64,000 nt of DNA from Curvularia clavata. Its lineage: Eukaryota. Below, piece by piece: positions 49,082 to 62,339 of this stretch. Numbering within the stretch: the first letter of the stretch is position 1; the number at the start of each line of letters is the position of its first letter. The position numbers and the translations under genes were made by a program. Below the pieces are notes generated by a model. That model was not told the DNA's origin. It did no database searches and was given only the letters and a program-made list of their open reading frames with translations. Location: the NCBI GenBank assembly GCA_023920165.1, contig CP089278.1:2666001-2730000 (forward strand). The letters run 5' to 3'.

Positions 49082-49572
49082 TGTGATTTTTTGCAGGGAG
49101 CTGACTAGAAGGAGGCGTAGTATGAAAATGGGCAGTACCTTTGGCTGGTGAGAGTGGCTGTTCCTGTCCTGACCTGCGAGGCTGCTTCGACGTTGTTGTC
49201 CGAGTGTTGCCAAAGCGAGGGTCCTGGTCTGGTGGGCAGCGGGTAGCAAGCCAAATGGATATCCGGCCGGGACGTGGTTGCTTAGCCCCAACCGGCCACT
49301 AGTTCGCGACTCAGCCGGCCTTGCCTTGACTTTCTCACACTCCACCACCGGCCATCGCCCCCCAGTCTGACGCCATACATCTCCGCGTCTTGGGTGCTGT
49401 TCGCTTCCGAGACCCTCCCCAGCGCTGATTGTCCTTGACGCAGGGCACACAACTTCACCATAAATGGAGCACGCCAGCCACAACTTCCGCCGCCTGCTCC
49501 GTGCCTTGGTCTGACCTGCCCGCCGACCGTGGGGTCACATATGAACGCCGCCGGCTTCTGCATATAAGAGGC

Positions 49573-52365
49573 ATGGCCGCGAATACCGAACAACTCGACA
49601 GGTGGGCTCTCCAGGCGCTGACACCATGGCCGCACGACATGCTGATCAAGGACAGGCGAGCGAAGGCGATTGAGAAGGAGCTCTACAAACGCGTCGATGG
49701 CGGCTCCGGATGTGCCGAGCTGGCTGCCGTACTGCAAGAGTAGGCAGCGATGCCATACCATGCCGGCGACTGCTAATCCTGTACAGGTACCGCGCCGCCT
49801 GCGAGGCCCTCATCTCCACCAATTTCGAATACGCCTTAGCCCACGAACTTCAGACGGCGCTATGGAACGCGCATCTGAAGGTCAACGCCACGTTTAGACA
49901 GGAACACAAGCTCGTATGGACCATCATCGAGTATGCAGGCTTGGGGAGGCACTAACACATGGGTAGCTCAAGCGCTCCAAGGACCATGTCGTCGAGATTA
50001 GAAAGTTCCAAAAGACATATCTTCAATTCATCAAGGCCAGCCAGCGCTTCTATCGCCAGTACATAATGAATCTGGATGCCCAATTCGACGGCATCCCCGA
50101 GCTGCGCAAGATTGCCCAGAAATGGAAGGACGACAGTAGGGTCTCTCACCCCACCAGCCACGCCAAGCTTACCAGTAAAGCAGCCTCCAAGTCGTCTCCC
50201 CGCCGGCCCATTCCCGCGAATTTGAGGTCCCAGGTTCTCTTCTCGTGCCACCAAACCCTCATCCAACTCGGCGATCTCTCCCGTTACCGTGAGACCGAAC
50301 TCGTCGAGAAGAACAAGGAGCGCAACTGGGGCCCCGCCAAGGGATATTATGATCTGGCTGCCGAGATTTACCCAGAGTCTGGGCATGCACCAAATCAGCT
50401 CGCTGTAATTGCGCGTGAGGATGGCGACCATTTCCGATGTGTTTACCATTTGTATCGGTCACTTGCAAGCAAAGAGCCGTATCCCCAGGCCAAGGCCAAT
50501 TTGGCCACCGAATTCAAGCGCGTCATTACTGCATGGGACAATGGGCAACTCATCAACAACCACAAATCAGCCGATGGAAATGCCGGCCGTGCTCTCATTG
50601 CATGGTTCATTCGATTGCACAGCAAGCTCTACAAGGGCGAGGAGTTTGCGACACACGATGAGTTGGAGGGTGAAGTGCTTAGCCATCTCGCCATTGAGCT
50701 CAAAGAACGCCCGCTGGACTCTGTTTTGACCAAGATCATTCTTATCAACATGTCAGCAGAATATTTTGCAACCGTCCAGCTGCAAAGTATGTCAAGAACT
50801 CTCAATGGTTGACTATGCTGACTCAATCAGGCGAAAATCCTCCTCCCAATATTATGCGCACGTATTTCTACTATCTCCGGCTAAATGTCAAGACATTTTT
50901 TATTCTCCTCCAGGTCTTGCAGCCGGAGCTGGACCGCCTGTCTGAAGGCAACGATGTGAAGCACCAGAACGGCGAACGTGCGACGCAACTCTCCGACAAA
51001 ATCACTGCCGTAGCTCGCCGTATCCTGCCAGGACTTCGTCTGTACAGCACATGGTTCACGCGCTACTGGAAGGTACTCAACGCCAACATTGCTGACACCA
51101 TCAACACAGTGGATGTGCAAGAGTTGTGGAAGGCTTATGCAGCGACACTCTCCCTCCTGGCTTCCAGTTTTCCAGTCGACCAACTACCAAAGGAAGTTTA
51201 CATGCTCGAGGAGGACACAGACACTATCGGATTTGAGCCGCTCATTCACCCGGACACTATGAAAGTATGGTATAATGGAGATAAGATGAAACCGAAGTGG
51301 ACTGAGCTGGAGCGTAACCACCCAAACGTCGAGATGCTCATGCGCGTCAAGGATCTCCTGATCGACGGTCTGCTGCTTGTGCAGAATCCAGACGCTCCCC
51401 TGGACTTGGCAGGCCCGCGTTTCATCTATCTAGAAGAGGGTGTGCCGTCTGAATTGCTGGCAAGCCCCACCAACCAGCCTGACGGCTCTCCTGTTTTGTC
51501 AGTCCAAGCAGCCGACATGCCCCTATTTCAACATACCGAGACACCAATTCCAGATGATCAAAAGTCATACAGCGTTGCTGCGGCTTCAGAATCCGCATCC
51601 ATCACGCTTGCCAAGGACAATGCGATGCGCAACATGGTGGACGACTTGGTAGGAGAGGAAGCTGGGTTGGACCCGTTAGTTGAGGAAGATGAAAACATTC
51701 CGCCCACCCCGCCGGAACAGACCTTCGACGACACTACGGTCGTCAATGACACCACATTTGCCCCTGCACCATATTCAATTAACGACATTGTCAACACGGT
51801 TAAGAACTATACGTCCCTGTCCCCCGCCCCTGGGTCTGCATTGCTTTCTGCGCCCATGGGTAGGACCGGATCAACTTCTTCCATCCGCCAGCCCCCCAAC
51901 TTGCCCTCGGTGCCAGATGGTCAGTGGAATTCCAACTCTATCTGGAACCGTACACCGGGCCCAGCGTCGCCACCCATGATGAGCTCGAACGGATTCGGTA
52001 ATGATGTCCGTAGGTCTCCGATGAGCAACACCAAGGCTGGCATGTCTGGTCATGTAAGAGGAGACTCGGCAAACTCGCTTTTGGGTGCAGATGTCAACAC
52101 CTCTAGTTCTGCCCGGACCCTGGGGCCCATCAGCGGCAGCTTCAGTGGTGGCCTTGGCAGTGGTGCTGCCTGGGGGAACCAAGGAGGCAGTCTCTCGCAG
52201 TGGGGATCATCTCCATATACAAACAGTTTCAACAACGCCAGTAACCACCGTCAGTATGGATACGCCCCGAGTGCCAGCATGGCTAGTCCGCTGCTGTTCA
52301 GCTCTTATGGAGATGGCGCCCACAGTTCATGGGGACGTACTCCGCCCAATGGCCAAGGCGGTTGA
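49573..52365 (+). CDS. Est1/Ebs1/SMG7-like protein (TPR/14-3-3-like DNA/RNA-binding domain; NMD/telomerase-associated); introns 49602-49655, 49740-49786, 49914-49966, probably 50136-50183, 50787-50830
   Basis: Motifs LWNAH, LIQLGDLSRYRE, AKGYYDLA..IYPESGHAPNQLAVIA, YHLYRSLA..EPYPQAKANL and LEED. Low-complexity C-terminus with no PIN domain seen. Confidence 0.85.
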
Positions 52366-53958
52366 TTGACGGTATTGCAGCCGTAGTAAGCTGCTTACTC
52401 CTGTCTTCTCATCAATCGTCGTGGAGGTCAAGACCCTTCCGCCACTCTTGCCTGTCGCGGTGCAACGCCAAAGAGTCGGCTCGCTTGAAGCTCAAAGAAG
52501 CTAAATTGTTTCCAACTGGTACCTGTGCGGCAGCCGGGATGTTTATCGAATGCTTCTCGGAACAGAAGTCTTAGGGAATATGTTCCATCCCCTGAGAATT
52601 TGCTCATGCTTTCGCTATGTCTTGACGACTTTCTTTAGCGAAAGGAGGGACTGAGGAAGAGGAGAGAAGAGAAGATAACGATCACGATATGCTTCACGTT
52701 GAGAATTACTGTGGTATTATGTCAGGGCTGATGTGGACTATATTGAGACCTGAGAAGCGGGTGTTTGGCTTCCTGAAGTCACACAGCGCCGCACTGTCCT
52801 CTATGCGCGCACCGGTTTTCATCTCTTGTGGCAGCGGCTCAGTCCTGACAATGTTTTCTGCTTTAGGATATTATCATGGAGTTATGCGTATATTTGATGA
52901 TTTTGCTGTGATGTCATTGTTCGAACCTAGATAATTCTGCAACTGCGATATGAAGTAGCTGTCGGTTGGCTAAAGACGGCAACTAGTGATGGATGCAGGC
53001 AGACGTTGTTTATACATAAGTGGATGGTGATGGTGGGGTGCATCAATGCATGCATGCGTCAAGTCTGCCGAGGCGGGTGCAGCGTGAGGCGTGGGTGACT
53101 AAGCAGGGCCGGCCAGCTGCAAACACATCAAACACAGGCATGCAAGGAAGCCGGCGAAGCGCTGTAAGGTTTCAGCCATCGCACCTTCACACTCGATCGC
53201 GCCTGCTGACCTGGCTTGCCTTTGTTGCTTGGACTGTGCCTGCTGATGGAGAAGCGGTTGCTGCTCCTACAGGACGACGCTGGAATCGTTGGGGGTGGCT
53301 CATAGCCCGCAATTCCGAGAGGTACTCACCCCAGTTGTCCCAGTCCTGTCCCGCTCCATGCCACTCTGCTATCGCGAACATCCCGCCCGCCATGTCTTCC
53401 GGCGGCCCTGGAAATTTCCAGGAGCCGTCCGCCTTCTACAGCTTGTCATCCTTGATGGACCCGCTCTCTAATACCTTTACAGGAAACATCCATCACAACA
53501 AAGTGACCAAGTTGCCCACCATTCAGCCTGCGTCGCCGCCGAACAAAGGCGCGCCGCATTCCTCCACCTCCCCCAATCAGCCTGTATTCTTTCCCATTCA
53601 TAGGGGCCACCCACATGCGACAGTCATTGCAAGCTCTGGCTCCTCTACCACCGAATCATTTTCCGAAGTGACGTCGTCATCGTCGCGGGACTCGCTGCCC
53701 ACTCCCCAAGGGCGCAACGGTCCTATTACGCCCCAGAAACAGGCGCGCAACAACAGGCGGAAGCAGTCAAATAAGACGGGCGGCAGATGGAGTAGGGGAG
53801 GAGGGTCTTCAGATGACACCGGGTCCGATCGCAAACACCCCACGTCACAGCCAGCAGAGTCCTCGCAGAGCGCCGCCTCGTCTCCCCAGAGCGCGTCTAA
53901 GACACGCCAACATTCCTACATTGCTACAAACAACTCATCGTCGAACCAGACGCGATTC

Positions 53959-56199
53959 ATGGCAACAGCCTTTGGAGGTCCTTCGGGAGATTCGCGAAGG
54001 GGGGTAGTCTCTCCTCGCCCTAAGGGTCGCGGTATGAAACCAGCAAAGCATGCATCTTCTTGCACCGAATCTAACTGGAATACGCAGAAGCAAAGAACAC
54101 TCTCTGCCGCAATGTCACCATCTATGGGCATTGTCGGTACGAGAATAGTAAGTGCCCGTGACCATGTCTGCAGAGTGCTTGTAGTGACTCTGTCTAGCCT
54201 GTCCTTATATCCACGACAATCTCAAACTGAACCAGAATGAGAACACCAAAAAGAGGTTCAATGTTGATTCGCCATCTTTCACTCCGCTGCAGGCAAACAC
54301 AAATGGATCCGTGACCGCTTCGCCTCGCAGTGCCGCCATATCTCCTAAAGCAGCGAATGCTGCAGTCTTTACACCTAAATCACAACGCTCCAGTGAGTCT
54401 TAAGTAATGGCAAGCTGTGCCATTGTTCACATGCTGATCGTTTCAGCCGTCACCACTCCGCGTGCGCATGCGAAAGAGCCTGCAATTGATTGGCATTCGC
54501 AAGACTTTCAAGAATTTGTTCCACAATCTTTTGACGGTCAGCAGATGGTGCGTGAGGCTTTCGTTTTTTTGGGGGTTTTTGTTTCCAGAATGATATGACA
54601 TGGCATGCTTGGCGCCAATCTGGCTTATGCAAGTATTTCGACTTACCATCAGCATAGGTCGACCCTAACCTTGGCTACGACCCATTTAGTACGCCCACTA
54701 GCATTTCCACGCTGGCCGGTCCAACTCATCAGGCCGCTGCTATCAACCCTTATGCTCAAGACGCCTCGGCGACGTACTTCCAAAACGCCAATGCCTTCCA
54801 GAACCCAGCATATCACTTGTACTGGCCGGTAGGGCCACAGCCTACTGGCTTGCTTGCTTATCAGCGCACTGCTCATGACTTTTTTATACCGGATGCGCTG
54901 CGGGAAGAACTGCAGAAAAAGGCAGAAGTCGCGCGCCAGATTGCTCCAAACAGCACTCTGCCTGTGATTGAGCAGTTTCATTCATTGTTTTGTTTGGACA
55001 TGTCACCGCAGAAAAACACGGCGCCGTTTGGATATGCTAGCTGGATATACAGAGCGGTCTCTAGCAAGGATGGCAAGACATACGCGCTGCGCCGCCTGGA
55101 GAACTTCCGTCTGACGAGTGAAACTGCCATCCGTTCTGCTCAGCCTTGGAAACGTGTACTGAACGGCAATGTCGTTACTATCCATGAAGCGTTTACTACT
55201 CGAGCTTTCGGTGACAGTTCTTTGATCCTTGTCACTGACTATCATCCAAACTCCAAATCACTTGCCGATGAGCACTTTAAGCCAGTGCAACGGTTTCATG
55301 GCAGACAGCCAACATCGTCACACGTGCCAGAACAAGTCTTGTGGGGGTACACTGTCCAAATTGCATCTGCATTGAAGGCCATACACGGGTCGGGACTGGC
55401 CGCAAGACTGATCACGCCTTCGAAGATACTCCTCACGTCAAAGAACCGGATAAGGCTAAATGCCTGCGCTATCATGGACATCGTTCAGTTTGACAATGCG
55501 CGCTCCGTGCCCGAGCTTCAAGCAGACGACTTTGTTCAACTTGGACGGCTGATACTTTGCATTGCGAACAACAACCCTACAGCTCACTTGCAGATGCAGA
55601 AGTCCATGGACTACATCACCAGAAGCTATACGGCCCGGCTCAAAGAATGCATACAATGGCTGCTTAATCCTCAGCCACCAGCTGGAGCCCCATCATCACC
55701 AACCTCCCCAGTACCTTTGCAAAAAGATATCGACACCTTCTTGGGTGGAATCGCAGATCAGTTTGCATCAGTCTTTGACAGTGAACTACACGCTCAGGAC
55801 ACTTTGACGGTCCATCTTGGAAAAGAATTGGAGTCATCCCGACTGGTCCGCCTGCTGATTAAGCTCAACATGATCAACGAACGACCGGAACTGGATGCGT
55901 CTCAAAACATGCCAGGGAACAATGGCACCAATCTATCCTCGGTATGGGCAGAAACCGGGGAACGCTACTACCTCAAGCTTTTCCGTGATTACGTGTTCCA
56001 CCAGGTGGATGCAAACGGACACCCGGTGACGGATTTAGCGCATATTTTAGACTGCCTCAATAAACTAGACGCTGGTACAGATGAGAGAATAGCGTTGGTG
56101 AGTAGAGATGAGCAGAACGTACTGATTGTTAGTTATCGGGAAGTGAAGCGAGCACTGGAGTCGGCCTTCCAGGATTTGGTGCGAGCAGGGCGGAAATAG
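53959..56199 (+). CDS. PAN3: PAN2-PAN3 deadenylation complex subunit PAN3; exons 53959-54031, 54088-54147, 54198-54392, 54447-54547, 54658-56199
   Basis: CCCH finger (CRNVTIYGHCRYEN.CPYIH), PAM2-like ISPKAANAAVFTP, pseudokinase (YALRRL, TDYHPNSKSL, RIRLNACAI) and C-terminal WAETGERYYLKLFRDYVFHQ. Confidence 0.95.
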
Positions 56200-56854
56200 T
56201 ATTCCACTCGCTCTAGTTCTTACGGATAGTCTTGTTGTTTGTGAGGGCAGCATGAAAGTTGTTTCATTACGATTGCTGGGATCATGCGAGATAATGTTCT
56301 CAGCCATAAAGTTTGATATTCAATGGGCTACTGTGAGGAGGCTAGCAGCTTATCATCCAGAGAGAACGTGTTGGGACTTTTGCACGAGCTACGCTTTGGT
56401 GTATCGAGAAATGGAAGACTAGGAAGTAGAGAAGACGCAGGTTACTTATAAGGCAATGAAACTTTATTCCAATTCCACTTGCTCTTCTAGGTACTTTCCA
56501 GAATGGCAGCCATCAATTCACACACGAGACTAGAAATGGTGGCATGATTTTGGTAGCCGGATCGTGACGGCGTGACAGCATGAGATCATGATTTCGCAAA
56601 AGCTCGTAACATCCCATATCCTTCCCACTGCTAACCATACCACCCCTCTACCTTTCAAATACAGCGTGTAACTGAGAATGTTGGGTCGACTCCGTGTATC
56701 CAGTATCGCGCCGTCGTTCTCGGCAGATCTAACGCGAGTTAGCGTGAGACTTGCTGCCCCTCGTCCACCGAAACTCTGCCCCACATTCTGCACTTTCTCT
56801 CCATCACGACTTCAGCAACCGCGTTATCTACGAACAGCAACAAAGATTCCAACA

Positions 56855-58050
56855 ATGCCTGGAAACTACGAGCTATTGTGCCTTGAGAACCCGCTTCTGG
56901 ACATCCAGGGTGTTGGGTAAGTCATGTTACCCCCTCGAGACAACCTAGCGCCATTAGCGTTTCCTTCATCGTGAAATAGCTCAAGGAGTTGATGTTAACA
57001 GCTCGCAGTGACCAGGCTCTTCTTGACAAGTATGGTCTCAAGGCCAACGATGCCATCCTCGCCGACCCAGAGAAGCACATGGGATTGTACGAGGACCTGA
57101 TCCAGAACTACAATGCCGTCCTCATTGCTGGTGGTGCTGCGCAGAACACTGCCAGAGGTGCTGCGTACATACTCGAGCCTAACTCGGTCGTCTACATTGG
57201 TTGCATTGGCAAAGACAAGTACGGTGAGACTCTCGAGAAGATCTCCGCCGACGCTGGCGTCAAGACCGAATACCTCTACGACGAGAAGACCCCCACCGGC
57301 CGCTGCGGTGTTGTCATCACCGGCCACAACCGCTCCCTGTGCACCGACCTCGCTGCTGCCAACAACTACAAGCTTGAGCACTTGAAGCAGGACAAAATCT
57401 GGAAGCAAGTTGAGAACGCCAAGGTCTTCTATGTCGGTGGCTTCCACTTGACCGTCTGTGTACCAGCCATGAAGGCGCTTGCCGAGGAGGCTGCATCCAA
57501 GAACAAGGTACGTGCATGTTTTCGGACTGGTTGGTAATAGGTCTGAATACTGACCAAATCTCAGCCATTCATCCTCAACCTCTCCGCCCCCTTCATCTGT
57601 CAATTCTTCAAGGATCCTCTGGATGAGATCCTCCCATACGTCGACATTCTGATCGGCAACGAGACCGAGGCCGCTGCGTTCGCCGAGTCCCACGGCTACG
57701 AGACCAAGGATGTCAAGGAGATCGCAAAGAAGATTGCTAGCCTGCCCAAGAAGAACACCAACAGGCCAAGGACTGTCGTCTTCACTCAGGGTACTGACCC
57801 TACCATCGCTGTCACCGCGAAGGAGGGTGGTGAACTCGAGGTTAAGGAGGTTGCCGTCCACGCCATCAGCAGTGACAAGATCAACGACACCAACGGTGCC
57901 GGTGATGCATTCGCCGGTGGTTTCGTCGCCGGGATCGTCCAGGGCAAGCCCCTTGAGAAGGCCATCGACATGGGCCAGTGGCTCGCGAAGCTCAGCATCC
58001 AGGAGCTTGGTCCCTCGTACCCGCAGCCCAAGCAGACTTACAGCAGCTAA
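56855..58050 (+). CDS. ADO1: Adenosine kinase (PfkB family); exons 56855-56916, 57009-57507, 57565-58050; in-frame upstream ATG at 56678
   Basis: Motifs LENPLLDI, AGGAAQNTARG, PTGRCGV, NLSAPFI, GNETEA and DTNGAGDAFAGGF. Confidence 0.96.
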
Positions 58051-58522
58051 GCGCTTTTCACACATTGTGAGCGTGGAAGCTCGTGTATTTCAACAATCTA
58101 CGAGATAGAAGAAAAAAGGCATACCGGCTGCGAGCAATGGCTATGCTTGCCGTTCTCCAAGCCACTGCGTAATGCAGCCATCTGGATCTCGGTATCGTCA
58201 TTGCGTCAGGATAAGATGTTTGGTATAGGATAGCGAAGGAAAAAAAAAGAATATAACTTGGCCTTTCAACAGCCAAAGATAGATACCCTCGGCGGTTAAG
58301 CCGCTAGATGACGAGAAAATGAAGACAAATTAGTCATTGAGCGAGATTTGCTGCATGTTCATGGACGTTGGGTTATTGTGCACGTGCAAACCACTTGTCG
58401 TTTGAGTTCATATTCACTTTAATCAACAAGCCGTTGATAATCCGTAAAGACGATATATCCAAGATCCTCACGCTAAATATAGAGAGGAAAAGAAAACGCC
58501 ACACCATGCCTCGTTAGATACA

Positions 58523-60076
58523 TTATGCATCCTCATCCTCTTCGTCATCGTCTTCCTCAAGGTCCGTACGCTCAACGATGAGGTTCCCGCTGCGCCCGAT
58601 ACGCTGCTTGATTGAGCCACCAGCTTTCAAGTCGTAGACTTCTCTCGGCATGGGCGACACGAGCTGGAACTTGTACTCATGCTCAAAGTCCTTTGGCTCG
58701 TCGGCTTTCTCTTCGAGCTCGTTGGGCGACTGAAGGATATCGTAGCACTCGACGAAGGCATATAGTTCTTCAATGGGTGCGTTGGCCGCGAACTTGCGCA
58801 CAACGCGTTGGGCGTCGGGCATGCGCAGACTAATTCTTACTACATCTGTTTCACTTGCCTCGGGTTCGGGGTGTATGGCAGCTGCGCGCCACTTGCGCCA
58901 TTGTTGTAAGTTCTGGGCATAACGCTCAAGAGCTTGTTCGCGCTCGAGGGCTTCTTTCTCTTCTCTCGCTTTGCGCTCGGCTTCTTCCTTCTTCTTGCGC
59001 GCCTTCTCGCGGTCGGCAGCGAGTGAGCGCTCGTATGCACTGTTCTGCTGCTCTCGGATGTTGCGTGTGGCCTGCTGTTCTGCGCGCTGGGCGCGCACGC
59101 GGTTCAGAGGCTCCGTGTGCTGTTGCATTGCAGTCCGCAGTTTTGCGATGTACTGCTGCGGAGGTGTAGGGCCTGTGACTCGCGTTGCGATGCCCATGGC
59201 GGTTGAAGACACCTGGGGTGTGTGTACAATCAATCCCGTGAATGGGAACTTCGTGCACGATAGCGCAGCGGACACTTGATATGCTTCAGAGTCTTGGACA
59301 TTGCCTGCCCAGAGTATGATGTTGTTGTTCGGGTTTCGTATGAATTCAACGACTTCGGGAGCGAGGAGGGTGTCGCGGATGAATGAGGAGGTCTCATCAT
59401 GCTCTGGGCTGATGAGTACGACCATAAGGAACTGGAGGTTCTTCTTCGCCAGGTCGAAGGCTTGAGCATATCCGCTCTCGAAGAACGGCAGGTTATGACT
59501 TCCATACTCCTCTTCGAATTCGCGGATAAATCGGGCGGCTGTGTCTCGTGGGTTCAAAGGCCGACGCCCACTTGCGCTCCGTTGCGACGCAGGTGTAGTG
59601 ATATTGCTGGCTGTAAGCCTTCCCCACGCACGAGGCAGGAAAGGGAATATCCAGCCTAATAACCGGAAGCTCTTTGAAAAAAGCGAGTACACGAGCGAAA
59701 ACGGCGCAAAGAAGATTGCGAGGACCAGCGGAACTTGTGTGCTGACTTGGCTTTCTGGCTGCGAAACGACCCTCGGGGCTGGTTCTATCCTGACCCTTCC
59801 TCCACTACTTGTTGACGACCGAGGTGACCCAAATCCATTCAACAGTGTTTCTTGCCGCCGTGTATCTCGTGGGGGTTGCTGTGCGGCCGCTACAGCGACG
59901 GGATCTTCGGCAGGTTCGCCGTCAAAGAAACGTGTTACGGCTATGTTGACGTTCCATTGTGCTCGCTGTAGGATCGGTATCGCAGCATCGATTGCTTGGT
60001 CGGTGACAGCGGTATACTGCTGAAGTGCCGCTTGTTGGTCTGGTGAAAGCGATTCGATGTCCACGCCATCTGCCAT
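58523..60076 (-). CDS. UBX-domain Cdc48 adaptor (UBA-like, hydrophobic hairpin, UAS, coiled coil, UBX; FAF2/Ubx2/Dsc5-like)
   Basis: N-terminal LQRAQWNVNIAVTRFFD, UAS-like LPFFESGYAQAFDLAKK, IREQQNSAYERSLAADREK and UBX RISLRMPDAQRVVRKF...SPMPR. Confidence 0.9.
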   Translation of the reverse strand: MADGVDIESLSPDQQAALQQYTAVTDQAIDAAIPILQRAQWNVNIAVTRFFDGEPAEDPVAVAAAQQPPRDTRRQETLLNGFGSPRSSTSSGGRVRIEPAPRVVSQPESQVSTQVPLVLAIFFAPFSLVYSLFSKSFRLLGWIFPFLPRAWGRLTASNITTPASQRSASGRRPLNPRDTAARFIREFEEEYGSHNLPFFESGYAQAFDLAKKNLQFLMVVLISPEHDETSSFIRDTLLAPEVVEFIRNPNNNIILWAGNVQDSEAYQVSAALSCTKFPFTGLIVHTPQVSSTAMGIATRVTGPTPPQQYIAKLRTAMQQHTEPLNRVRAQRAEQQATRNIREQQNSAYERSLAADREKARKKKEEAERKAREEKEALEREQALERYAQNLQQWRKWRAAAIHPEPEASETDVVRISLRMPDAQRVVRKFAANAPIEELYAFVECYDILQSPNELEEKADEPKDFEHEYKFQLVSPMPREVYDLKAGGSIKQRIGRSGNLIVERTDLEEDDDEEDEDA

Positions 60077-62339
60077 GTTGGCCTGGGGTACCGTCTATCC
60101 GAATCCAAGGTTTAGTTAAAAGGTCGCGCTATTGGATTGCAGGGGGCCAATTTCTAAGAAGCGGGGAACCGGTCGGAAAGGACTGTGATGTGGGAGTATG
60201 TGGTGGGTGAAAGTGTAGGGTTATACGTTGCCTGTCCTCTTCGCGGCGATGACGATGGGGGTGGTCGGAGCTTCAGCCCACTAACTACAGAACATAAAGG
60301 TGAGGCTAATCCTGGGCCCTTGCCACGCGACATGTTCGCAACCGGTGTGGTAGATTTGCATAATTCCAAATACAAACGCGTGGTATTTGTATCGTTGCAT
60401 TCTGGTCTTAGTCATTCATTAGACAACCTACCATGGATTTGTTTCGCGGTCCATTGCGCATTCCGAGGTTAGGTAAAACTGGCTCTACCAAAGTCCGCCG
60501 CCCTGTATGTACTTACAGATCAAGGAGCGTGTCTCAACATTAGTATATATGTATATATAAGCAGAACAACGCTCTATCCATTGGCCTGTTTGAATACCAA
60601 GGGAAACCAAGCTCTAAATTTCGGAAACCGCCCTATGTAAAGCTGGTCTAATCACTACCAGCAGTTCAGTAGCAACGAACAATCCATGGCTACACAACAT
60701 CCCCGCCAGGGGCACATATTGGTCATGAGTTTCGTGCACAACATCGGCGTACTACGATGCTTTACTTTCTCAGACCGTCCTTCAGATAAAAAAACAGTTG
60801 TGTGCAAAGATTCAATCCTGACAGGCCGCCCAACGGATGATACCTACTGACGCAATGTGTTTCTATGTTCGCTGACCCATAAGCCTGCGGTACATACTCA
60901 CACAGTAGTGACATATGAATTTATTAAATTTGCCATGTCAATCCAGCAGCTCCTATTCGTTCACGGCATAGGCGATCTACTTGTAATGCGAAGCTTACCT
61001 GTCAGCACGCGCGAGGATCGTATTTCAGTTCTGAATGGAGGCAAGTATTATTTCATTTTTAGTAATCTCTTTAACGTCGGTATTTTTTGGAATATCCTCT
61101 AGTACCTTGGGTATAATTGTGGGGTTTTTGTCTCTGTATATTAATCTTAACAACCGATATGTGCTAAATCGTATCTTCTAGCCTTCGTTGTTTCTCGTAG
61201 GGAGGCTCATTTCTTCATGCTTTTTGAAATTCGTTTCTCCCTTCTTGTTGCTGAGGAGCTAATCTGTAATTTACAGTTTATCAAAGTGGCTAGCATATAC
61301 ATGGCGACATGGCGACCATTCAGTAACTCGGACTAGCAATCTCAGTTCGATAATGCTTGAATCAATGACCGAGCTGCAAATATATGACCAACAGCTAATG
61401 GAGATACATTGGCAAGAATGGAAGAAATCAGTCATATTACTCCATCTGCTGAAAGACCTCATTATTATTGCGGTTGGTAGTCCCAATTAGGCTCTAGTGG
61501 CCGCAATGTGCCAACATAGCAGCAGATCACTCCTAAGTATGTCCCGACAGATAAATTACGGAGATCCGACACATGGATTCAGGCGGTTCCGTACTCAAAG
61601 ATCGTCGCAATTACTCTTGTCTCGTACACGCGTCTCTGTAAGAACAGGGACATGTGTATCCAGCTCGAAATCTGCCGATGGAACCAGCAAATTGAGCGAG
61701 GCAAGAGACCAAAAAATCCTACTACCTTCACTACAAGCTTCCCGCGCCGTAAAGACCTTCTTCAGATTCACAGTATTCAATGAATGCTGGGACAGAGTAT
61801 GATGAACACGTACGAACATTAGTACGCAAATACTCAGACTTAAGATAGATAGATTTGGCGCCTCAAAGCAAAGTATTGGTTGGCAGAAAGACGGAACGGA
61901 AACAGGTGCAGCAATTTCGCACCGAAAGGTTTTTCTACGGTTATGTCATCTGGCACACTATGCCTGATACAGTACTAGCCTCTTCGCACTTCCGCTGCCA
62001 CGTCCTCTCAACATCGGCCATTTCACACGGCATATTTAGCCATTGAACCAATGGGCTGGCTAAGCAAGTAGCCGTGTCTGCTGAATTGCCTAGGTGCAGG
62101 CCGCAAGTTTGTACTTGTGCACGGATTGCGACATCGCTTGCACAGGTTGGGAACGAAGGCGCTAGCTGCAAAGTGACATCCCGCGTCTATCCAAGCCGTG
62201 CATGTATAATCAACTGACATGCAGGAACCTGCCAAGCTAAATTCCGCCTTCTCGTTTTTCTTTGGTTGATTTGTCTTTTCAAAGTTTGCTGTAAAGAACT
62301 GGACCGTCAAGTCTTACATCTGCAACTGGCTTGTCAAGC

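Noticed and set aside
49573..56199. SMG7-like and PAN3 adjacency as an mRNA-decay gene cluster
   Set aside because: Two neighbouring housekeeping genes can co-occur by chance. No shared element seen.
56995..58065. 356-aa antisense ORF over adenosine kinase
   Set aside because: Antisense shadow caused by strong C-ending codon bias of a highly expressed gene. No recognisable domain.
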